Below the pieces are notes generated by a model, which searched no databases, was not told where the DNA came from, and was given only the letters and a program-made list of their open reading frames with translations. A stretch of 64,000 nucleotides of DNA from Phycisphaerales bacterium (GTDB taxonomy: Bacteria; Planctomycetota; Phycisphaerae; Phycisphaerales; SM1A02), in contig JAKVBV010000011.1 in NCBI GenBank assembly GCA_022446965.1, positions 1,335-65,334 of the forward strand, written 5' to 3'. Shown here one piece after another: positions 46,562-54,814 of the stretch (its first letter is position 1; each line of letters opens with the position of its first letter). The translations under genes and the position numbers were made by a program.

Positions 46562-47328
46562 TGTTGGCGATGATGCTGGTCTGTCTCGGGTCGGTGCGGA
46601 GTGAGGCGATCGCATTGATCGACGCCGGCCGATCGCTGCAGGCCGAGGCGGTTTTGATCCGGTCCGCCGACGAACCCCACCACGATCTGCTCATGGTGGC
46701 GCGGGCCCAGCGGGGCGATGCTGCAGCCTTGGCCGATGTGCCATGGGTGCTCGATCACATGAGTAAGGGCGGCGTGTTCGCTGCGGCGGTGGAAGCTCGC
46801 CTCGATCGAGCGCAGCGCATGGTCTGGTCCGTACCGCCGCTGGTTCGCAGTGCCGATGAACAGTCGTGGATCATCTCGGCCTTGCAGAAATCCATGCCGG
46901 ATGAAACGGATGGTGGCGATTGTCGCCGGGCGATCATCGCCGTGCTCAGTGGCACACTTGAAGGTCCGGTCGGCGACGCACCGACGGCCTGGCGAGATGC
47001 CGCACTGGCGATCGCTGGAGATGCGACGCAGCGTCGTGGTGCGCGTCATCGTCTGCAGCGGTCCGCCGCGCCGCCGCACGAGTTGGCCTGGCGACTGCAT
47101 GTGGTGGGCCGATCATGGCTGCAAGAAGACACGGACGGCGCCCGCCGCACCGGTCTGGTGCACCTGGCTCGCATTGTGGCTGACCCTGAACTTCGTGCGG
47201 CCAACGGGCACCTGGCGCTGCACGCACTGGACACGTTGATCGATGCGAGTGGACCACATGCAGAAGCACGGGATCGATTGATGGCGCAACGAACACAACT
47301 GCTCACTTCCATGGAGATGAAGCCGTGA
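46558..47328 (+). CDS. hypothetical exported helical protein
   Basis: ATG 46558 overlaps the upstream stop (ATGA). Putative signal 'MMLAMMLVCLGSVRSEA'. No motif recognised. Confidence 0.55.
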   Translation: MMLAMMLVCLGSVRSEAIALIDAGRSLQAEAVLIRSADEPHHDLLMVARAQRGDAAALADVPWVLDHMSKGGVFAAAVEARLDRAQRMVWSVPPLVRSADEQSWIISALQKSMPDETDGGDCRRAIIAVLSGTLEGPVGDAPTAWRDAALAIAGDATQRRGARHRLQRSAAPPHELAWRLHVVGRSWLQEDTDGARRTGLVHLARIVADPELRAANGHLALHALDTLIDASGPHAEARDRLMAQRTQLLTSMEMKP

Positions 47329-47981
47329 CCGTAGTACTGGCGATAGAAGACGGACTGCTCCCACTGGTGCAGGCTGGTGGCACGATCGGATGGATCCTGC
47401 TGGGTCTGTCCATCGTGGCGCTCGCGCTGGTGTTCCTGCATCTGTGGGTGATCAGGCGGGGCAGGCTGTTGCCGCAGGCGCAGATCGACGTTATCGGTGC
47501 CGCGCTGGCCAAGGGCGACGTGGATGAGGTGTTGGACACCTGCCAAGCGCAATCTGGCGATGCCCTTCCTGCTCGGATCACGATCGCAGCTATTCAACGC
47601 ATGCGGGTGTCTCCGCTTGGCGCACTGGAGGTGCACGATGCTGCTGAAGAGGCGGGCGCGGCTGAAGTCGCACGAATCGACCGTTCGCTGGAGGGCCTGT
47701 CGGTCATCGCCGCCGTCGCGCCGTTGATCGGGTTGTTGGGCACGGTACTCGGCATGGTTGACGCCTTCGGGGCCATTGCCGATCGTGGTCCCGAAGCGGC
47801 GTCTGAGCTGGCGTCGAGCATCTCGCTGGCGCTCGTCACCACCCTGCTCGGGCTGGGTGTGGCGATTCCGTGCGTGGCCTTGCATGCATGGTTTCGCGTA
47901 CGGCTGGAAGCCATCGCCGCCGATGCGGCGGAGGTGATGGAACTGCTGCTGGCGCCATTGATGGAGTCCGCGGAGGACTGA
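47325..47981 (+). CDS. exbB: MotA/TolQ/ExbB proton-channel family protein
   Basis: Three TM helices. 'IAAVAPLIGLLGTVLGMVDAFGAI' and 'LVTTLLGLGVAIPC' are ExbB/TolQ signatures. GTG overlaps the upstream stop (GTGA). Confidence 0.85.
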   Translation: MTVVLAIEDGLLPLVQAGGTIGWILLGLSIVALALVFLHLWVIRRGRLLPQAQIDVIGAALAKGDVDEVLDTCQAQSGDALPARITIAAIQRMRVSPLGALEVHDAAEEAGAAEVARIDRSLEGLSVIAAVAPLIGLLGTVLGMVDAFGAIADRGPEAASELASSISLALVTTLLGLGVAIPCVALHAWFRVRLEAIAADAAEVMELLLAPLMESAED

Positions 47982-48367
47982 TGCCTCGTCGTCGACGATC
48001 TCTGGCGGTAGTGGAACTCACACCCATGATCGATGTGGTGTTCCTGCTCATCGTGTTCTTTCTGGTGGCGGCCGATGCCACCCGGATGTCGCGACCGAGC
48101 GTGTCCCTCGTGGACGGCCCCGGTGAGGCACCGGTTGGTACGCATTGGGATCACGTGTTCACGCTCCAAGCCAATGGCCAATGGCGATCAGGACGCGAAG
48201 ATGAACCGGTCCGCCCGACACAGATCAAGTTGAAGGCGACAGATCGTGTGCTGCTGCGGACAGACGCCGCTGCGCCCAGCGGTCTACTGCTTGAACTCGC
48301 GGGACACCTGCGCGGACAGGGCATTGATCATGTCGAATTCGCCGTAGGTGCGGGGGTGGATCAATGA
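47981..48367 (+). CDS. exbD: ExbD/TolR family biopolymer transport protein (paralogue 1)
   Basis: 'ELTPMIDVVFLLIVFFLV' with the conserved TM Asp. The start overlaps the exbB stop (TGATG). Confidence 0.8.
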   Translation: MPRRRRSLAVVELTPMIDVVFLLIVFFLVAADATRMSRPSVSLVDGPGEAPVGTHWDHVFTLQANGQWRSGREDEPVRPTQIKLKATDRVLLRTDAAAPSGLLLELAGHLRGQGIDHVEFAVGAGVDQ

Positions 48368-48765
48368 GGTTTGCTGCGCATCGTCGTCGACAATATCGCG
48401 CTCGCGCCGTGGTGCGGCTCGCAGGACTGATCGACCTCGTGTTCCTGCTGCTGACGTTCTTTCTCGCCACAACGGCCCTGCTGGATCCGGAGTTTCGCGT
48501 GGGCACGATGCTGCAAGGCAGGGGAAGCAGCCAGAACGCGGTGCATGTGCCACCTGTCGTCGTGCACGTGCATGCCGAGGGATGGTCGGTCGGGCCACGG
48601 GCATGTTCCACGGTGTCCCAATTGCGGCACGTGCTTGAAGGGCTGCCTTCCGAGCCGGGTGTGGACATTGCAGTATCGGCCGATGCGCCAGCAGGCCATG
48701 TGGTGGTCGCAGTCCGTGAGGCCCGTCAGGCTGGCATGCAGGCCTTGCGGTTGCAAACACCATGA
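48364..48765 (+). CDS. exbD: ExbD/TolR family biopolymer transport protein (paralogue 2)
   Basis: 'RLAGLIDLVFLLLTFFLA' with the conserved TM Asp. ATGA overlap with the preceding gene. Confidence 0.8.
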   Translation: MRFAAHRRRQYRARAVVRLAGLIDLVFLLLTFFLATTALLDPEFRVGTMLQGRGSSQNAVHVPPVVVHVHAEGWSVGPRACSTVSQLRHVLEGLPSEPGVDIAVSADAPAGHVVVAVREARQAGMQALRLQTP

Positions 48766-50906
48766 CGGTTGCCGCCCTGTGTGCAGTTGCGGTGTTGTCC
48801 TTGGCAGATGGGTGGACAGAGACTGCCGCGTGGCTGCAGCGCACGGGGCAGCGTGATCTCGCACTCGAGGCGGCGGTCCTTCAGGCCCATGCGGGAGATG
48901 GTGGACGCGTTGCGCAAGGCGCACTGCTCGAAGCCATCATCGCCGTACTCGACGACCCCATGACTGATGCCCAGACACGCACTCGAGCCATCGCGGAACT
49001 CAAACGGGCACGGCCTGACTTCAGCGGCATGCTTGCGGTCGAGGCAGGCCTGGCATTGATCACGGCCGAGCGTCAGGACGCACTGTCGGCCGAACAGCGC
49101 GATGTGCTGTTGGCTGGCGTACTTCGTGATGCTGCGGCCGTGCGACGATCGGTACAGGTGCAGTTGGACGAGAGCACGCGGCACGCGCAGCGGCGTCGAT
49201 TGCAGGCGCTCCTGCGTCGGGCCGCCTTGCTCGAAGGCACGGTGCGTGTCGATCTGGGTGGGCATGATTCGGGCACGCGGTCGCTGCTGCTCACCGCATT
49301 GACCGGTGATGCCCGGGCGGATGACACGCTCGTCGCCGCCATGCCCGAGGGCATGTACGAAACACCCGATGCCGCGTGGGCCTGTGCCGCATTGGCGCGG
49401 CTGGCCCTGTCGCACGGTGACGTGCCAGCGGCAACCAGATGGCTGGGCCACCTCATCGCGGTGCAGTCTCCGGTGCTCGATGCGCCGATCGACAATGTGC
49501 TCGTGGCCGTGTTATCTGCAATGGGCCAGGAGACGGCCACGGTGTTTGTCGAAGATCACATGCCGATGTTCAGCACGGAGGCCATGATCGAAGTGGTCCG
49601 ATGGGTGCCCATGCTCGATGGCACGATGGCAGGTCGACTAAGTGACGATCAGGTTCGCGCGGCGCTCGCCAATTCGCCACGGGCCTTGCCCGATTGGGAC
49701 ACGCCAGGTGTGGCGTTGGCGGCCCATGACCGGGCTGTTGCTGGTGCACGGCCATGGCACATGGCGCACCATCGGCTCGAGCAGCTGTGGGCGAAGGGTG
49801 ATCGTTCCGCGGTCATCGGCCACGCCTTGGCCATGAGCCATGCCCAGCAGGTTGACTTGACTTCAGCATGGGCCGTCCTTGGTCAGGTGCCCGAGGCCAA
49901 ACGCACTCGCATGACGGACGAGATGGTGGTTTCGGTCTACAGCCGCATGACACCAGAGCAACGGGCGGCTGCGAGCGGCGCTCGCCTGATGCTGCAGGCC
50001 GCGATGGCATCACCTGATCTGCAGGTACGCAAGCACGCTGCATTGGCGATCGCAGCTATGGATGACACACCACCGCAGGACGTGATCGCCTTGGTGCATG
50101 GTGATGACAGCCCAGCAGCCCGTGCAGTGCGTGATGCAGCCCTGTGGCGAGGCTGGCGTGCCGGGGAGGTTGCCGCTGCACAGGCGGTGCAGGCGGCCGC
50201 GGACATGTTGCCCGATCCGGGTGCTGCCCGCCGTGTGCTGGAGGCGTTGCCTCATGCCGAACTGCCTGTGGGTCTCGCTGATGTCCTGGCCACGCGGGCG
50301 ATTGCGTCCCTTGAGTCCGGGCAGCTGGTCGCTCAGATCCGATGGGCACTGCAGATCGATGACACGGCGCGGGCCCTGGCCGTCTTCAACACCCGCGAAG
50401 ACCACGTCTCACCGGAGGATGTTCGTATTGCAGCGGGCGTGCTGCTGGAGCATCCTGTGCCGCTGGGCGACCACGTGTCCGATGCGGCGGCCGTGTTGCT
50501 TGGGATGGCGCCCGCTGCGGTGCAGGAGAGTGCGCAGCTGACCACTGTTCACCGCACGGTGTTGCAGCATTGGGCTCGGCACGTGCTTGGTGGGGCACAC
50601 GTGCCACTGGACACCTTGCGCACCCTCGCTGCGATCGACGTGCTCGATCAGGACGGGTGCATGGCGCTGGCCACCGTGGCCCAATCCAAGGGCGACTGGC
50701 ATTTGGCGCATGATCGCTGGCGGCGAGCGGTGCGCTTTGGTGGCCCTCGGGTGGCCTGGCTGCAGCTACAGGAACTCAAGGCGCTGGTGCATGTCGACGT
50801 TGATGCGGCCAGAGTGATTGCAGCACAACTAGCCGTGTTGTTGGAAGGCACGGCAGAAGGTGACGAGATCGCCGCCCTACGGGATCAGCTGGAGCCCGCG
50901 CCATGA
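48762..50906 (+). CDS. hypothetical 714-aa Ala/Leu-rich helical protein with N-terminal hydrophobic segment
   Basis: ATGA overlap at both ends. 'MTVAALCAVAVLSLADGW' is a signal or anchor. The long helical-repeat-like sequence has no recognisable motif. Antisense ORFs here are all short. Confidence 0.6.
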   Translation: MTVAALCAVAVLSLADGWTETAAWLQRTGQRDLALEAAVLQAHAGDGGRVAQGALLEAIIAVLDDPMTDAQTRTRAIAELKRARPDFSGMLAVEAGLALITAERQDALSAEQRDVLLAGVLRDAAAVRRSVQVQLDESTRHAQRRRLQALLRRAALLEGTVRVDLGGHDSGTRSLLLTALTGDARADDTLVAAMPEGMYETPDAAWACAALARLALSHGDVPAATRWLGHLIAVQSPVLDAPIDNVLVAVLSAMGQETATVFVEDHMPMFSTEAMIEVVRWVPMLDGTMAGRLSDDQVRAALANSPRALPDWDTPGVALAAHDRAVAGARPWHMAHHRLEQLWAKGDRSAVIGHALAMSHAQQVDLTSAWAVLGQVPEAKRTRMTDEMVVSVYSRMTPEQRAAASGARLMLQAAMASPDLQVRKHAALAIAAMDDTPPQDVIALVHGDDSPAARAVRDAALWRGWRAGEVAAAQAVQAAADMLPDPGAARRVLEALPHAELPVGLADVLATRAIASLESGQLVAQIRWALQIDDTARALAVFNTREDHVSPEDVRIAAGVLLEHPVPLGDHVSDAAAVLLGMAPAAVQESAQLTTVHRTVLQHWARHVLGGAHVPLDTLRTLAAIDVLDQDGCMALATVAQSKGDWHLAHDRWRRAVRFGGPRVAWLQLQELKALVHVDVDAARVIAAQLAVLLEGTAEGDEIAALRDQLEPAP

Positions 50907-51547
50907 AGTCGCGTCGTCGGCGAGTGATGTTGGCCGCGCAGCGTCGTGGACGTCGGCCTGGTCGCACAGTACTGTCGGTGTCAGCGCCGCAAGTGCAACG
51001 GCCCGATCGCCGATGGGGTGGCGTGGTGTTGTGGAGCGCGGTGGGGGTGTTGATCGTGGCGGCGGCCATCGTGGGCGGCGCGTTGCCTGAGTCCCAGCCG
51101 CCACTACCAGCGAAGGCTGAAGCACCTGCACACGAATTGGATGGCGCTGCACACCCTGAAGCGCAATCGCCGAGCGTCCATGCCCCAAGCACGGAGCCCT
51201 CGGATGGGCCCGTACTGTCTCTTCAGTCGCCTGCGGTTCGCCCTCAGCACGATGTGCAGCGGCTGGTCACGCTCGCAGCATCAGTGGATCTCGACGAGGC
51301 GGCACTGCAGCGCCATGTTGGTGTGATCGACGATGTGTGGGCCGTGTTGTCAGCGCAAGAGCGCGTGGCCGCAGCGACTGCGATTGAACAAGCGTTGCGT
51401 TTGCGGCGTGATCGTGTCGTCTGGTCCGGTGCGTTGATCAACGCGATGTCCGCGCCGATGCGCATCGCGGTCAGCACCCGATTTCAGGAAGCATGGCCCC
51501 GGCAGGGATGGCCACCGGTGTTCGGCGACGTGGCGATCAGCCCATGA
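50903..51547 (+). CDS. hypothetical bitopic protein (Arg-rich N-terminus, one TM, Pro-rich spacer, C-terminal globular part)
   Basis: 'RRRRVMLAAQRRGRRPGR', TM 'WGGVVLWSAVGVLIVAAAIVGGA' and 'PESQPPLPAKAEAPA...'. ATGA overlap with the upstream gene. Confidence 0.55.
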   Translation: MKSRRRRVMLAAQRRGRRPGRTVLSVSAPQVQRPDRRWGGVVLWSAVGVLIVAAAIVGGALPESQPPLPAKAEAPAHELDGAAHPEAQSPSVHAPSTEPSDGPVLSLQSPAVRPQHDVQRLVTLAASVDLDEAALQRHVGVIDDVWAVLSAQERVAAATAIEQALRLRRDRVVWSGALINAMSAPMRIAVSTRFQEAWPRQGWPPVFGDVAISP

Positions 51548-52004
51548 GCCAGGCGTGGCGGGCCGTCACAACGCTGAGGACTTCGTCAGTGATGTTGGCA
51601 GCCGACAGCGACCAGACCGCCCAGCGTGTGTGGAACGGATCCTGGCCCAGTTCGAGACCATCGCGAATGGCTCTCTTGAGGCGGCGCACGTTCAAGGTGT
51701 CCATGAATGCCGCTTCGATGGGCATCGCCAACTGCAGGTCTTCCGCGGCCGGAATGATCAAGGCAACCGGGTCGTCATCGGTCGTGTTCTCATTCTCGAT
51801 GAAATAGCCGATCGACCAGAACCAGCAGTCGCCATACCACCGCATCTGCTCGCTGATCTGCTCGAACTTCAGCACCGTCTTGCGGGTGCGATCGAAGAGG
51901 TCCGCGGCTTCGGCGGTGAGACCACGACGCAACTGCGCCACGGTGGGGGTGGTGAACTGGTTCGTCCAGGGTGTCTGCGTCGTACTCACGCAAGGGCTCC
52001 TCAA
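51537..52004 (-). CDS. hypothetical protein (start TTG 52004 or GTG 51989)
   Basis: 155-aa ORF with GC-rich third positions, convergent with the previous operon and overlapping it by 11 nt. No motif recognised and no ATG start. Confidence 0.45.
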   Translation of the reverse strand: MRSPCVSTTQTPWTNQFTTPTVAQLRRGLTAEAADLFDRTRKTVLKFEQISEQMRWYGDCWFWSIGYFIENENTTDDDPVALIIPAAEDLQLAMPIEAAFMDTLNVRRLKRAIRDGLELGQDPFHTRWAVWSLSAANITDEVLSVVTARHAWLMG

Positions 52005-52107
52005 CGGCCATGACAGCCTTCAAGACGGCATAGTGTAGCCGCAACCGGGCCGTGGCTGGTAGCATCCGCCCCTGTCAGCCCTCAGGACCGGGCCGGCCCT
52101 CTGGAAG

Positions 52108-52680
52108 ATGATGCCCATGGATCAGGACACGCAAACCACACCTCAAGGCGATGGCCAGTGCGATCTCACCACCGCCCGCATTCTGGTGGTCGATGACAAC
52201 GCACAGAATCTCGAGCTGATGCAGGCCTACCTCGAAGGCCTCGGATGCTCGATCGAGACCGCTCCCGACGGCGTTTCCGCCATGGAAGCGATTGCGGCCC
52301 AGTCGCCTGATCTGGTGCTGCTTGACGTCATGATGCCGCGGATGTCTGGTTTTGAGGTGTGCCGCAAGATCAAGGCCGATCCAGCCACTCGAGACGTGGT
52401 GGTGATCATGGTCACCGCGCTCAACGAGGTTGCCGACTTTGAGCGAGCTGTGGAGTGCGGCACCAACGACTTCATCGCCAAGCCGGTGAACAAGCACGAG
52501 TTGCTCACACGGGTGCGGTCCTTGCTGCAGTTGCGACTGCTCAAGCAGCAGTTCGATCAGCTCGGTGGTGCCCCAGGCAGTGGGGCGATGCGGCCCAATG
52601 CGGCCGATGTCGAAGGCCTGCAGGATCACGGCGACGTGATCGAGCCACCGCCACCGGTGGATGCCCCGCAGGACGATTGA
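52108..52680 (+). CDS. stand-alone response regulator (CheY-like receiver)
   Basis: 'RILVVDDNAQNLELM', 'DLVLLDVMMPRMSGFEVCRKIK', 'VIMVTAL' and 'DFIAKPV'. Confidence 0.85.
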   Translation: MMPMDQDTQTTPQGDGQCDLTTARILVVDDNAQNLELMQAYLEGLGCSIETAPDGVSAMEAIAAQSPDLVLLDVMMPRMSGFEVCRKIKADPATRDVVVIMVTALNEVADFERAVECGTNDFIAKPVNKHELLTRVRSLLQLRLLKQQFDQLGGAPGSGAMRPNAADVEGLQDHGDVIEPPPPVDAPQDD

Positions 52681-52696
52681 CTGTCGATTCAAACGC

Positions 52697-52750
52697 ACGA
52701 CGCAACCGGTACCCCACCATGGACCGTCGCGGTCGGTACCGGTTGCGTGC
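52697..52750. terminator. nested inverted repeat downstream of the response regulator (candidate bidirectional terminator/structured element)
   Basis: CGCAACCGGTACC (52701-52713) pairs perfectly with GGTACCGGTTGCG (52735-52747). An inner hairpin GACCG-tcg-CGGTC lies within the loop. No T-tract follows. Confidence 0.35.
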
Positions 52751-52789
52751 ACTGTCGTGTATTCACCTCGAGGCGAGGTGCACCGTGGC

Positions 52790-52972
52790 TCAGGCGGCCA
52801 TCATCGCCGGGGCGTCATCGGGGCGAACCCATGTGTTGCCGCGGGGTGCCGTTGCCGTGAGCAGGTGATCGAGGTATCGCTGCAGGTTGGTCGTCTCAAA
52901 TCGCTCCAGCCAGGCGGCCGAGGCGGTGGGGTTCAAGCTGCGGATGGCATCGATCAGGTAGGTCTTGGGCAT
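52790..52972 (-). CDS. small hypothetical protein (60 aa)
   Basis: ATG 52972 gives 'MPKTYLIDAIRSLNPTASAAWLERFETTNLQRYLDHLL...' with strongly GC-biased third positions. The longer track ORF has no support upstream. Confidence 0.35.
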   Translation of the reverse strand: MPKTYLIDAIRSLNPTASAAWLERFETTNLQRYLDHLLTATAPRGNTWVRPDDAPAMMAA

Positions 52973-53166
52973 CGGGGTCTCGCTCTCTCTGGCTCGGTGC
53001 TGTGCTGTGTGGTGTGGCACACCGGCCGTGAGCATTGCTTCGGCAACTGACGTGGGCTGCTTCCATCTGATAACACAGCCCCGTGGCCCCTCAATGGCCT
53101 GTGCGGGGCGGTAGACGCCAAGGTCCGGGGATGGCCACACGGGCAACCACAACATCTTGGGGGGCA

Positions 53167-53190
53167 AAAAAACTCGCCGGAGGGTCCGGT
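53167..53190 (-). terminator. candidate intrinsic terminator after the CRTAC1-like gene
   Basis: The minus strand reads CCGGA-ccc-TCCGG, cgag, TTTTTTT. A T7 run is conspicuous in this GC-rich DNA. It starts 5 nt after the stop at 53195. Confidence 0.45.
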
Positions 53191-53194
53191 CTGA

Positions 53195-54814
53195 TCAGGG
53201 AATGTCGACCCGGAGCACCTGATTGGCCCTGATGGGCCCTGGCACCTGCACTGGCAGATACGGCGGCATGGTCACGGTGATCGAGTTCACCTGGTCAAAG
53301 TCGCCCAGCCCCACATGCACCAAGTGATCGCTGGCGGTCATGTACGAGGACGCCGTCTGAACCGGAACGGTGATCATGCGATCGACCAGACGCACCTGTA
53401 CCACGGCACCAAGCGCCGGGGCGAAGGATGATCGACGCACGTCCACGCCCAGCCAGTTCGAATCCGGAGTGATGTTGCGGTACACCCGGGCAGGTGCGTC
53501 GCGATTCACCACGACCACGTCAATCTTGCCGTCGCGATCGATGTCACCAAAGATCGCGCCACGTGAGGTGAGGGGCTCATGGTGCTCGACACCTGCGCGC
53601 ACCGCAGTGGGCTCAAAGCGGCCCGTAGCGGTGCCGGCCAGCAGTAGATTGCGCTGCGCGTACGGGTCGCCTGACTCGGGCAGGTGTTGGGGACGTAGTA
53701 CGGCACCATTGGCTTCGTACAGATCGATATGGCCGTCGTTGTTGAAGTCGACGAATCCCAGGCCGAAGCGGGTGTTCGCGCGGGTGTTGGCTCGCAGGCC
53801 CGCACGAGTGGTGATGTCCACGAAGTACTGGCCGTCATTGCGAAACAGTGAATCGGACTCGTTGCGCAGATTGCACACGATCAGATCGAAGTCGCCGTCG
53901 TCGTCGATGTCGGCGATGTCGACACCCATGCCGGCCTTGGGCTTGCCTTCGTCATCAATGGCCACGCCAACTTGCATGCCGATTTCGGTGAAGGTGCCAT
54001 CGCCGTTGTTGGTCCAGAGATGATCCGGCATCAGATCGTTGGCCACGAAGATGTCCATCGTGCCGTTCTGATCAAAGTCGGTCGCCACAATGCCAAGCCC
54101 CGTGCCGGGCTTGGTGGAGATGCCGGCCGATTCGGTGACATCGGTGAACGTGCCCTTGCCGTCATTGATGTACAGCCGGTCGACGGTGGGCGCCATGAAG
54201 TTGTTGGGTGAGCAATACTCGGGCGACCCGATGGCGTCGACGCAGTCGAGGGCCGTGTCAGGCGTCCAGGCGAGGTAGTTCACCACGAACAGATCCAGAT
54301 CGCCGTCGGTGTCGGCGTCGAAGAAGGCAGCCGATGCGCCCCAGCCGTCATCCTCCACACCGGCGTTCGGGGCTTCTTCAAACGTGCCATCGCCGGTGTT
54401 CAGCAGCAGCACATTGGGGCCCAGATTGGTGACGAACAGGTCAATGTCGCCGTCGCCATCCACGTCGCCGGTGGCCACTCCCATGCCGTAGCCCTCGTAT
54501 TCGGTGCCGTTGGTCCACGGCGTGAACGTGCCATCGCCATCGTTTCGCCACATGGCGTTGGGGCCCTTGCCCTGCACGAAGTACAGGTCTAGATCGCCAT
54601 CGACATCGGCGTCCAACAGGGCGCCGCCGCCGCCGATGATCTCGGGCATGTGAAACGCACCTTCAGCCCCGGAGTGCCATGTGAAGTCGACACCAGCGGC
54701 ATCCGTGTGATCCGCGAACCACGGGTGTTGCGGAGGGGCGGACTGCGGGGACTCGGGTGCGTTGTCGCTACAGCCACCGAGGAGCGCCAGCGCCAGGAGG
54801 CTTCGTCTGGTCAC
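53195..54814 (-). CDS. CRTAC1-family lipoprotein (FG-GAP/VCBS repeats + ASPIC/UnbV C-terminal domain)
   Basis: Lipobox 'LALALLGGCSD'. Repeats 'DADVDGDLDLYFV', 'DVDGDGDIDLFV' and 'DIDDDGDFDLIV'. UnbV-like 'VDVRRSSFAPALGAVVQVRLVDRMITVPVQTASSYMTASD..VHVGLG'. GTG overlaps the upstream stop. Confidence 0.85.
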   Translation of the reverse strand: MTRRSLLALALLGGCSDNAPESPQSAPPQHPWFADHTDAAGVDFTWHSGAEGAFHMPEIIGGGGALLDADVDGDLDLYFVQGKGPNAMWRNDGDGTFTPWTNGTEYEGYGMGVATGDVDGDGDIDLFVTNLGPNVLLLNTGDGTFEEAPNAGVEDDGWGASAAFFDADTDGDLDLFVVNYLAWTPDTALDCVDAIGSPEYCSPNNFMAPTVDRLYINDGKGTFTDVTESAGISTKPGTGLGIVATDFDQNGTMDIFVANDLMPDHLWTNNGDGTFTEIGMQVGVAIDDEGKPKAGMGVDIADIDDDGDFDLIVCNLRNESDSLFRNDGQYFVDITTRAGLRANTRANTRFGLGFVDFNNDGHIDLYEANGAVLRPQHLPESGDPYAQRNLLLAGTATGRFEPTAVRAGVEHHEPLTSRGAIFGDIDRDGKIDVVVVNRDAPARVYRNITPDSNWLGVDVRRSSFAPALGAVVQVRLVDRMITVPVQTASSYMTASDHLVHVGLGDFDQVNSITVTMPPYLPVQVPGPIRANQVLRVDIP

